Positions 39,067 to 47,336 of a DNA stretch of 64,000 bases are shown in pieces. The stretch comes from Rhodoferax sp. (GTDB lineage Bacteria > Pseudomonadota > Gammaproteobacteria > Burkholderiales > Burkholderiaceae_C): positions 6,156-70,155 of the forward strand of contig NZ_JAQTMS010000024.1 in NCBI RefSeq assembly GCF_028714215.1, written 5' to 3'. The translations under genes and the position numbers were made by a program. The notes under the pieces are model-generated. The model had not been told where the DNA came from. It searched no databases and worked only from the letters and a program-made list of their open reading frames with translations. Each line of letters starts with the position of its first letter. The first letter of the stretch is position 1.

Positions 39067-40148
39067 GCCGATCCTGCGTCCCAGACCTCGCGCAGCAAAC
39101 GCAGAAAGTTGCCGCCCATGATTTTTTCGATACGCGAGCTGCTGTGCCCACGTTGTTGCAATAGTTCCGCCAGCCTCTGGAATTGTGTCGGGCCGCACAG
39201 GTCGGGTAGAAACAGCGCCACCGCTTCCCTCTCGCCGGCAGCGCCGACGCCGGCCTGTTTGCGTTGCGCCACATCCTGGCCCAGAAAGTGCAGGTAGTTG
39301 GCCAGATCGTCCACCGTGGTGACGTGGCCGTCGCTGCCGATGCCGACGTGGTCCTCGCCGCAGATCTTGATCGCGTGCTCAAGGTGGCGTAGCAGGTCGA
39401 CGGCCATCGGCTGGCCTTGCTGGCGCAGAAACGGCATGCCGTAGAGGCCCAGGACGCCGCCTTTGGCGGCAAGTTGCCGCAGCACGGCATCGCTGGTGTT
39501 GCGCGGCAAGTCGGCCAGCGCCCGGCAGCCGGAGTGGCTGATGGCAACCGGCCGGGTCGCAACGCGCAGAACGTCGAGGCCGGTCTTCTCCGAGCCGTGG
39601 CTCAGATCCACCAGCACGCGCTGCACCTGCATCTGCGCCAGTACTTCATGGCCAAAGCGGCTGAGTCCCTGGTCGTGCGCCACCATGCAGCCATCGCCCA
39701 CCCGATTGCGTCCGTTGTAGCTGAGTTGCATGACGCGCACGCCCAGTGCGGCATAGTGGGCCACGGACTGCGCGTCGTCGCCCAGCATCTCGCTGTTGTG
39801 GAAGCCATAGATCACGCCGACGCGCTCGCTGGCCTGCGCTGCCAGGATATCGCCCGCCGAGTGCACCTTCAGCAAGGCGTCGCTGTGTTCCGCGATGAAG
39901 GCGTCCCAGGCGCGGATGTCGTCCGCCGTCGTGCAGCGTGGGTCGGCGGACCCCAGCACGTGACCAATTGTCAAGTTCACTGCCGTAAGCCCCGATTGCC
40001 TGGCATCGGCCAGGGCCCTGGCGTCGACGCGGGCGCCGATACCGCTGCCGATCCGATCCAGCGTGCCGGCCCTGGCTGCCTCCAGCGCGACATTGGGGTT
40101 GGACAGCAGCCCTTGCAGGTTGATGACGGGGTAGGGCATCACGCTCAT
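39063..40148 (-). CDS. Membrane dipeptidase (peptidase M19 family)
   Basis: MQLSYNGRN, DLSHG, ISHSGCRAL, RNTSD, GEDHVGIGSD. Confidence 0.88.
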   Translation of the reverse strand: MSVMPYPVINLQGLLSNPNVALEAARAGTLDRIGSGIGARVDARALADARQSGLTAVNLTIGHVLGSADPRCTTADDIRAWDAFIAEHSDALLKVHSAGDILAAQASERVGVIYGFHNSEMLGDDAQSVAHYAALGVRVMQLSYNGRNRVGDGCMVAHDQGLSRFGHEVLAQMQVQRVLVDLSHGSEKTGLDVLRVATRPVAISHSGCRALADLPRNTSDAVLRQLAAKGGVLGLYGMPFLRQQGQPMAVDLLRHLEHAIKICGEDHVGIGSDGHVTTVDDLANYLHFLGQDVAQRKQAGVGAAGEREAVALFLPDLCGPTQFQRLAELLQQRGHSSSRIEKIMGGNFLRLLREVWDAGSA

Positions 40149-40244
40149 CGCGCTTCCTTGCTGGTTAGGGAAATTTGCCATTCTAGGAAGGTCGAGGTGG
40201 ACCCGGCCGGGGCAGGTCGGTACATGATGTCCAATCGTCGGCGT

Positions 40245-40258
40245 TTGATGCCTGTCAA
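40245..40258. promoter_or_regulatory. FNR-like box between the dipeptidase and glpA
   Basis: TTGAT-GCCT-GTCAA, 9/10 match. Confidence 0.6.
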
Positions 40259-40445
40259 TGCCGCTACGCCAGTCGCGGCTAAGCTGTAGCCTGGTCGGTG
40301 TCTCAGCAGAAGGGCTTGCGCCGTGGCCGTGCTGCGACACCGGCGGACTGACGTCAAGGGTCAAGCGTGCCCGGGCGGAACAGAGTCCACCCTCCTTCAT
40401 CGGCGCGGCGTGCGAAAGGCGATGGCATTGAATTTCCCATCGGTC

Positions 40446-42002
40446 ATGCAGACCCAGGTCCTGATCATCGGCGGCGGCGTCACCGGCACGGCGCTGGCGC
40501 GCGACCTGGCCTTGCGCGGCGTCGAATGCATGCTGGTCGAGCAGGACGACCTCAACGCCGGCGCCTCGGGGCGCAATCACGGCCTGCTGCACAGCGGCGC
40601 GCGCTATGTCGCCGGCGATTCGGCGGCGGCGATGGAGTGCCGCGCCGAGGGCGCCATTCTCAAGCGCGTGGCGGCCCAGACGATCCAGGATACCGGCGGC
40701 TATTTCGTCGCCGTGCAAGGGGACGACGAACGCTACATCGCCGACTTCCCGTCGCACTGCGCACGCTCGGGCATCACGGCGCGCGCGGTGGATGTCGCCG
40801 CGGCACGGGCCCAGGAGCCGGCGCTCTCAGAACGCACGATCGCCGTGTTCGAGGTGCCCGATGCCGCCATCGACCCGTTCCGGCTCTCGCTGGAGAGCAT
40901 GGCACAAGCGCGCAGCCTGGGCGCCCGGCTGCTGCGGCGCACTCGCGTGGTGGGCTTCGAGCGCGAGGGGCGACGCATTCGCGCGGTGCGCCTTCAGCCC
41001 CGGGCCGGGGGGCCGGAGCTGCGGATCGAAGCCGCGCAGGTGGTCAATGCGGCGGGTGCCTGGGCGCGGGAAGTGGCGCTGCTGGCTGGCGCGGCTATCG
41101 CCATGACTTATTCCAAGGGAACGCTGCTGGTCACGCACACACGCCTGGCCAGTCGCGTGCTCAACCGCCTGCGCCGGCCCGGCAACGGCGACATCCTGAT
41201 GCCCGGCGGCACGGTCTCCATCATCGGCACCACGTCGACGCGGGTCGACTCACTGGAAGACGTTCGCCCCACGACCGCCGAGGCCGACCTGATCATCGAT
41301 GAGGCCGCTCCGATGCTGCCGGCGCTGGCGACGACGCGCTTCATTCGCGCTTACGCTGGCGTGCGTCCGCTGCTGGGCGCCGCGGATGCGGCGGACAGCC
41401 GGGCGGTGTCGCGCGGCTTCGCCTTGTTCGACCACCAGGAGCACGGTCTGGACAACTTCGCCACCCTCACCGGCGGCAAGCTCACCACCTGCCGGCTGAT
41501 GGCCGAACGCGCCGCCGATCTGGTCTGCCGGCGCCTGGGCGTAACAAGCCCTTGCGTCACCGCCACCACGCTGTTGCCGCAGGCGGCGGAATGTGCCTGG
41601 ACCGCGCCCGGGCATTCGGCGCGCGAGTGGATGGCTTCCCGCAGGCCGAATGAGGCGCTGCTGTGTGAATGCGAAATGGTGCCGGCCAGTGCCGTCGATG
41701 CCATCCACGCCGCCTTGCGTGCGGCCGGCGACAGCCCGACACTGACCGACATAGGTTTGCGCAGCCGCGTCGGCAAGGGCGCCTGCCAGGGCGGCTTCTG
41801 CACCGTGCGCATGGCGGCCCACCTGTATCAAAAAGGCGATTTTCAGGCGCGCCGTGGCCTGGCCGAGATGCTTGACTTCGTCGCTGAACGCTGGCGCGGC
41901 CAGCAGGCCGTCCTCTGGGGCGAGCAGCTGGCCCAGGCCGAGTTGGCGGAGGCGCTGCATTGCGGCCTGTTCGGCGAAGAGTTGCGTGAGGAAACACCGT
42001 GA
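40446..42002 (+). CDS. glpA: Anaerobic glycerol-3-phosphate dehydrogenase subunit A
   Basis: IIGGGVTG, GASGRNHGLLHSGARY, IGTTS, AYAGVRPL, GGKLTTCRLMAE; C-terminal CECE...GACQGGFC BFD-like [2Fe-2S] site. Confidence 0.92.
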   Translation: MQTQVLIIGGGVTGTALARDLALRGVECMLVEQDDLNAGASGRNHGLLHSGARYVAGDSAAAMECRAEGAILKRVAAQTIQDTGGYFVAVQGDDERYIADFPSHCARSGITARAVDVAAARAQEPALSERTIAVFEVPDAAIDPFRLSLESMAQARSLGARLLRRTRVVGFEREGRRIRAVRLQPRAGGPELRIEAAQVVNAAGAWAREVALLAGAAIAMTYSKGTLLVTHTRLASRVLNRLRRPGNGDILMPGGTVSIIGTTSTRVDSLEDVRPTTAEADLIIDEAAPMLPALATTRFIRAYAGVRPLLGAADAADSRAVSRGFALFDHQEHGLDNFATLTGGKLTTCRLMAERAADLVCRRLGVTSPCVTATTLLPQAAECAWTAPGHSAREWMASRRPNEALLCECEMVPASAVDAIHAALRAAGDSPTLTDIGLRSRVGKGACQGGFCTVRMAAHLYQKGDFQARRGLAEMLDFVAERWRGQQAVLWGEQLAQAELAEALHCGLFGEELREETP

Positions 42003-43297
42003 GCGACGGAGCGGTCAAGCGCTACGACGTCGCCGTCATCGGCGCCGGCATGGCGGGCATGGCGGCGGCCCTGTTTGCCGCACAGCGGGGCCTCTCCTGC
42101 ATCCAGGTCGGCAGCGGCGGCGGCATTCTGTTCGCCAGCGGGTTGCTGGATCTGCTGGCGGTCCACCCGGTCGTGGAGCGGCGCCTGTGGCAATCGCCTT
42201 ACGCCGCCTTGGCAGCCCTGGCGCGCGAGCAACCCGAGCATCCTCTGGCGCGGGTAGCTCCGGTCGCTATCCGCGCCGCCTTCGAGCGCTTTGTCGCGGC
42301 CCTGGCCGGCGCCGGGATGGCTTACGCCCCGCTGGGGGAGCGCAACAGCCAGTTGCTGACATCGATAGGGACGGTCAAGACCACCTTGGGCGTGCCGCTG
42401 ACCATGGTTGCCGGTGTAGCCGCGCTGGAGCGGCGGCCAGCCTGCCTGCTGGTGGATTTCCGCGGCCTGCGCGAGTTCAGCGCGCGACAGATTGCAGAGA
42501 CGCTGGCCCAGCGCTGGCCGGATCTGCGGCACCAGCGGATCGACTTTCCGGGCTTCGAAGCCGTGCCGGAGGTCTACGCCGTGCATCTGGCACAGGCCCT
42601 GGAAAGCCGGGAAACGCGCGAGCGCACGATTGCACTCATCAAGCCGCAGCTGGGCGATGCGCGTGCAGTGGGACTGCCGGCGGTGCTGGGTCTGGCGCGC
42701 TCGCGCGAGGTCCACGCGGCCTTCGAGGCGGGCTTGGGCCTGCCGGTGTTCGAGATCCCGACCATGCCGACCTCGGTGCCCGGGCTGCGCTTGCTGGGCG
42801 CATTGGAAGCGGCGGTTTCGTCGCTGGGCGTGCTGCGACGCCAGCAGACCCGCGTGCGGGCGCTGACATGGGATGGCAGCAAGGCCCTACTGGACCTCGA
42901 AGGCGTTCCCGGCGGCGAGCGCGTATGCGCCAGCGCGGTGGTGTTGGCGACCGGGCGCTTCAGCGGCCAGGGACTGACGGCCGATCGGCAATGCGTGCGT
43001 GAGAGCCTCTTGAGCTTGCCGGTGCAGCAACCGGCCGCGCGTGACGCCTGGCATCAGCGCGACTTTCTGGACCCGGCGGGCCACGCCATCAACCGCGCCG
43101 GATTGAGTGTGGACGACGCCTGGCGGCCGCTGGACGCCAGCGGGCAGCCGGCCTGGACTAGACTGTTCGCTATCGGCTCGATCCTGGCGCAGCAGGACTG
43201 GATGCGCGCCAAGTGCGGCTCCGGACTGGCCATTGCCACCGCCTGGGCGGCCATAGCGCAGCTCACGCAGCAACTGCGTGGAACCGAGGCTGGCTAG
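41999..43297 (+). CDS. glpB: Anaerobic glycerol-3-phosphate dehydrogenase subunit B
   Basis: VIGAGMAG, FEIPTMPTSVPGLRL, LATGRFSGQGL, GSGLAIAT; GTGA overlap with glpA. Confidence 0.9.
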   Translation: MSDGAVKRYDVAVIGAGMAGMAAALFAAQRGLSCIQVGSGGGILFASGLLDLLAVHPVVERRLWQSPYAALAALAREQPEHPLARVAPVAIRAAFERFVAALAGAGMAYAPLGERNSQLLTSIGTVKTTLGVPLTMVAGVAALERRPACLLVDFRGLREFSARQIAETLAQRWPDLRHQRIDFPGFEAVPEVYAVHLAQALESRETRERTIALIKPQLGDARAVGLPAVLGLARSREVHAAFEAGLGLPVFEIPTMPTSVPGLRLLGALEAAVSSLGVLRRQQTRVRALTWDGSKALLDLEGVPGGERVCASAVVLATGRFSGQGLTADRQCVRESLLSLPVQQPAARDAWHQRDFLDPAGHAINRAGLSVDDAWRPLDASGQPAWTRLFAIGSILAQQDWMRAKCGSGLAIATAWAAIAQLTQQLRGTEAG

Positions 43298-43301
43298 CAT
43301 C

Positions 43302-45011
43302 ATGTCGCACACGCTTTTTCAGAACGCTCTGAACGCATCGCTGCTGCTGTGCGCGCTGGGCTTGCTGTGGCGCGTGTCGGCCTGGTTGCGGCTGCGTATC
43401 GGGTCCGACGCGCAAGCGGTGACGCCGGCGCAGCGGCTGCATGCGTTGCTGCGGGGCGCTGCCGCGGCACTGTTCAGCCGACGCGTGTTTCAAGTGCTCG
43501 GTGCCTTGTGCCTCGACGTGCTGTTGCAGCGTCGCTTGTACCGGCGCGACAAGCCGCGCTGGCTGGCACACCTGCTCATGTTTGCCGGGTTCATGCTGTT
43601 GCTGCTGATGCATGCCCTCGCGGCCTTTGTGGCAGTGAAGCTGTTCCCGGGCTACGAGTCGACGCGAAATCCCTATCTGTTCCTGCGCAATCTGTCCGGG
43701 GCGATGGTCGTGGTCGGCCTGGCACTGTTCCTGTTCGGGCGGTGGCGCCGGCGCACGCGCTTTCCGCCGGCGCGAGGGCCCCTGGCCGCGGCCTTTGTTG
43801 CGCTGCTGGGGTTTGTGCTGGTGACGGGCTTTCTGCTGGAAGCCGACAAGATCGCCTCACCGCAGGCTTTTTACCGCATGGCCAAGGAGTTCAACGGCAG
43901 CACCGATCCAGCCGAGCTAATGCCGCTGCGCGCCCTCTGGGCCAGCGAGTTCGGCGTGGCGTTCGACGACCTGAAGGAGCCGGTCGCAGCGGACGTGATG
44001 CGACAAGGGCGCGCCATGCATGAGGCCGACTGCGCAACCTGCCACGCCAGAGCCGCCTCCGCGTTTGTCTCCTACCCGGTCTCCCGCGTGCTGGCGCCGC
44101 TGGCGGCTGTCCTGGACCGGGGGCATGCAGAGACTTGGCTGCTCTATCTCCACGTGTTCGCCTGTTTCATTGGCCTGGCGACGCTGCCCATCACCCGCTT
44201 TTTCCACGCCGTCGCCGCCCCGGTCAGTCTGATGGTCAACGGTGCGGCGCCGGGTCGGGCGTTCTCCAGCGCTGGACGGGCGTCGCGGCGGGCACTGGCA
44301 CTGGAGGCTTGCGTGCGTTGCGGCATCTGCGATGCGCACTGCTCGGTGGCGCCGCTGGCACGTTATCTGGACAACCCCTATCTGCTGCCCTCGCACAAGC
44401 TCATCGTCACCGGCGCGCTGGCCGGCGGTCGCTTGCAGCGCGCCGGCCGCGAAGACGAAAGCCTTCGGGTTGCCGAAGGCGCTTTTCTCTGCACCGACTG
44501 TGGACGCTGCACCAGCGAGTGCCCGGTGGGGCTGGACCTGGAAGACCTGTGGCAGGCCGGGCGCGCCGACCTCACCGCCGCGGGCCTGCCAGCGCCGGCG
44601 CAGTGGGTGCGGGCACGTCCGGCCCTGGCCTGGGCCGAGTCCTTGCAGAGCGATTCCTGGCCGCGCAGCTTTTTCGATCCGGATGCCTCTCATGCACCGC
44701 TGTCGGCGAATCGCAGCAGCTTCTCACGCTGCGTCCAGTGCCAGACCTGCAGCAACGTCTGCCCGGTGGTGGCGCACAGCACAGACCCCGCCTGCGGCGT
44801 CGATCTGACCCCGCAGAAGGTGATGAACCTGCTGCGCTTGGGTCTGCGCGACCTCACTCTGGGCTCAAGCATGGTCTGGAGTTGCGCCAGTTGCTACCAG
44901 TGCCAGGAGCACTGCCCCGAGGGCATACGCGTGGCCGACATCATGCTCGAGTTGCGCGCGCTGGCGGTGCAGCGCCTGGGCACCGTGCGCAGTCGGAGGG
45001 CGCTGGCATGA
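43302..45011 (+). CDS. NarI-like polytopic membrane protein with a CxxCH motif fused to two 4Fe-4S diclusters (HdrC-like)
   Basis: TM helices with His (WLAHLLMF..MHAL, LYLHVF, FFHAV), CATCH, then CVRCGICDAHC, CTDCGRCTSECP, CVQCQTCSNVCP, CASCYQCQEHCP. Confidence 0.85.
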   Translation: MSHTLFQNALNASLLLCALGLLWRVSAWLRLRIGSDAQAVTPAQRLHALLRGAAAALFSRRVFQVLGALCLDVLLQRRLYRRDKPRWLAHLLMFAGFMLLLLMHALAAFVAVKLFPGYESTRNPYLFLRNLSGAMVVVGLALFLFGRWRRRTRFPPARGPLAAAFVALLGFVLVTGFLLEADKIASPQAFYRMAKEFNGSTDPAELMPLRALWASEFGVAFDDLKEPVAADVMRQGRAMHEADCATCHARAASAFVSYPVSRVLAPLAAVLDRGHAETWLLYLHVFACFIGLATLPITRFFHAVAAPVSLMVNGAAPGRAFSSAGRASRRALALEACVRCGICDAHCSVAPLARYLDNPYLLPSHKLIVTGALAGGRLQRAGREDESLRVAEGAFLCTDCGRCTSECPVGLDLEDLWQAGRADLTAAGLPAPAQWVRARPALAWAESLQSDSWPRSFFDPDASHAPLSANRSSFSRCVQCQTCSNVCPVVAHSTDPACGVDLTPQKVMNLLRLGLRDLTLGSSMVWSCASCYQCQEHCPEGIRVADIMLELRALAVQRLGTVRSRRALA

Positions 45012-45823
45012 CCGCCGTGAAATACGCGCTGTTCCTGGGCTGCAAGATCCCCGCGCGGCTGCCGGCCTACGCCGCGTCCACCCGCGCCGTGTTGCAGCAT
45101 CTGGGCGTCACGCTGGTCGATCTGGAATTCAACTGCTGTGGCTATCCGGCCCGGGACGTCAGCCGCGACGCCTTCGTGCTGGCCGCCGCCCGCAACCTGG
45201 CGCTGGCCGAGCAAGCCGGCCTGGACCTGCTGACGCCTTGCGCCTGCTGCTTCGGCACTCTGCGCCATGCCATCACTTTCCTGGAAGAGGACGCAGCGCT
45301 GCGCTCGCGCGTGACCCAGGCGCTGGCCGCCGAGGGCCTGACCTGGTCGGGCCAGGCACAGGTCGAGCACGTGTTGCCGGTGCTGGCCAAAGTGATCGGA
45401 GTCGACGCGCTGGCCGCCGCGGTGCGCGCGCCGCGCTCCGGTCTGCGGGTCGCTGCCCAGTACGGTTGCCACACGCTGCGCCCCAGCAACGTGGCGCGAT
45501 TCGACAACCCGATGGCGCCGACGCTGTTCGAAACCTTGATCCGCCTGACCGGCGCGACACCCATCGACTGGCCCAGGCGGCTGGATTGCTGCGGCGATCC
45601 GCTGCATGGGGCCAACACCCCGCTGTCGGAGCAAATCACGCGCGCCAAGATCGCCGATGCCCTGGCGTCCGGTGCCCAAGTGATGTGCACCGCCTGCCCG
45701 CACTGCCATCTGCGCTTCGATGGGGTGCAGGCGGACGTTGCCGACCCGTCGCTTCGCACCCTGCTGTACACCCAATTGTTGGGACTGGCACTGGGCCTGC
45801 CAGAGAAATCCCTGGGGCTTTAG
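45008..45823 (+). CDS. Heterodisulfide reductase subunit B-like CCG protein
   Basis: FLGCKIP, NCCGYP, PCACCFGTL, QYGCH, CCGDP, TACPHCHLRFD; ATGA overlap with the upstream gene. Confidence 0.88.
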   Translation: MTAVKYALFLGCKIPARLPAYAASTRAVLQHLGVTLVDLEFNCCGYPARDVSRDAFVLAAARNLALAEQAGLDLLTPCACCFGTLRHAITFLEEDAALRSRVTQALAAEGLTWSGQAQVEHVLPVLAKVIGVDALAAAVRAPRSGLRVAAQYGCHTLRPSNVARFDNPMAPTLFETLIRLTGATPIDWPRRLDCCGDPLHGANTPLSEQITRAKIADALASGAQVMCTACPHCHLRFDGVQADVADPSLRTLLYTQLLGLALGLPEKSLGL

Positions 45824-45853
45824 TACTCCGGATCTTTCCCGAAAGGATGGCAT

Positions 45854-46019
45854 GCCAAACGCCGTTCAGCGTAGCGGGTGGATCAGGCCGGTGGGGCACT
45901 CAGCTCCGTGTCCCCCGCCCTGCGGGCTCCTCCTTTACCTGCGCTAAGTGCCCCACCGACCTGGTCTCTCGTGCAGGGTTGGTGTGCGACCGGCGCAAAC
46001 CACAGACGCTTGCCGCCGA
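45854..46019 (+). repeat. Composite palindromic dispersed repeat, left copy
   Basis: GGTGGGGCACTCAGC...GCTAAGTGCCCCACC inverted repeat; matches 48593-48898. Confidence 0.88.
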
Positions 46020-46055
46020 TCGCGGGGGTAGCACGATTTTCTGACCGCACCGCAT

Positions 46056-46445
46056 TCATGGCTGGGCTTCGGCAAGGTAGCTTGCCTCCGAACCGGCCCC
46101 ACGCGAAGGATTCAGCAAGTGGACCAGCTTGACCTCGCCCGCGCCGATCGGCGCTGCCTGACCGGGCCGGGGCAGCGCGATCTTATCGAGCGGCACCGGC
46201 CCGGCGCCGCTCGCCAGCAAAGCCAGGCCCCAAGTGCCGTTGGCAAGCTGCACCACAGCGAAACGATCTCCCTCGGCAATGCGTGACAGCAAGCCAACCG
46301 ATTTGGCAATGGCGGGCGTGGCCTGCGCCGCGTAGACGGTGCGAACCACCGCCTTGTCCGGCTCGGAGGCGAAGCTTGATGCCGTCCAGCAAACTGCAAG
46401 CTGCAGCGTCGCCGTGATTGAAATGAGGCGTGCGCTTTTTTTCAT
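46056..46445 (-). CDS. Hypothetical secreted protein (possibly truncated)
   Basis: MKKSARLISITATLQLAVCWTASSFA signal-like N-terminus; no recognised domain. Confidence 0.5.
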   Translation of the reverse strand: MKKSARLISITATLQLAVCWTASSFASEPDKAVVRTVYAAQATPAIAKSVGLLSRIAEGDRFAVVQLANGTWGLALLASGAGPVPLDKIALPRPGQAAPIGAGEVKLVHLLNPSRGAGSEASYLAEAQP

Positions 46446-46502
46446 ACCCTGATCCCTTTTTGGTGACAGGCTTTGATGCTAGCGAAGTCGCTGCCGCTTG
46501 TA

Positions 46503-46522
46503 TGTCCCCAGAACTGGGGACA
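46503..46522. promoter_or_regulatory. Perfect inverted repeat, candidate response-regulator site
   Basis: TGTCCCCAG-AA-CTGGGGACA; weaker GTCCCAG-GTAA-CTGGAAC nearby at about 46540. Confidence 0.55.
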
Positions 46523-46649
46523 AAGGGCACCGACAATGGTCCCAGGTAACTGGAACTACCGGCGACATTGCCGGCAGTCGATATGTGGCAATATTTGACT
46601 CTCGCCGAGTCGCAAGGCGATTGTTAACCCTCTCCGAAGGTTGCTTCAT

Positions 46650-47336
46650 ATGCAAGATATCCCCATCTCCCTCATCCGCGTGGCGCTGGTTGAGGACGAT
46701 GTCAATTTTCAGAATGCGCTGATGGATGCGATGCGCGGCGCCCCGGACATGAAACTGCTGAGCGTGGCGGGAACGCGGGCGCAGGGCTTGCAGGCGCTGG
46801 ATCAGGTGCAGATCGATGTGCTGTTGGTCGATCTGGGCCTGCCGGACGGCTCCGGCATCGACGTCATCCGGGCCGCGCATGCGAAGCAGCCGGGCTGCAA
46901 CATCATGGTCAGCACCACGTTCGGCGACGAGACCCATGTGATGCAATCGCTGGAAGCGGGGGCTTCGGGCTATTTGCTCAAGGACAGCGAGCCGCAAAGA
47001 ATGATTTTTGAAATCCGCAGTCTGTACGCGGGAGGCAGTCCGATCAGCCCGCTGATTGCGCGCCAGATTCTGACGCGCTTCCGGCACAACGACAAACCTG
47101 CCACCGCCTTGGCGAAGCCGAATGCCACCGAACAGCAAATCCGCCTGTCGGCACGCGAAAAGGAAGTGCTGGAGTTCATCACGCGCGGTTATACCTCGGA
47201 CGAAATCGCCGAGCTGATCAGCGTCTCGCGCCATACCGTGCTCACCTACGTGCGGCGCATCTACGCAAAGTTGGAGGTCACCTCCAAAACCGAGGCGATT
47301 TTCGAGGCACGCAAACAGGGCTTGCTGGATGATTAG
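46650..47336 (+). CDS. NarL/LuxR-family response regulator
   Basis: VALVEDD, LVDLGLPDGSG, GYLLK; LSAREKEVL..IAELISVSRHTV HTH. Confidence 0.95.
   Translation: MQDIPISLIRVALVEDDVNFQNALMDAMRGAPDMKLLSVAGTRAQGLQALDQVQIDVLLVDLGLPDGSGIDVIRAAHAKQPGCNIMVSTTFGDETHVMQSLEAGASGYLLKDSEPQRMIFEIRSLYAGGSPISPLIARQILTRFRHNDKPATALAKPNATEQQIRLSAREKEVLEFITRGYTSDEIAELISVSRHTVLTYVRRIYAKLEVTSKTEAIFEARKQGLLDD

Noticed and set aside
39063-40757. 564-aa version of the dipeptidase
   Set aside because: The N-terminal extension is antisense to glpA and the intergenic region; the recognisable domain starts near 40148
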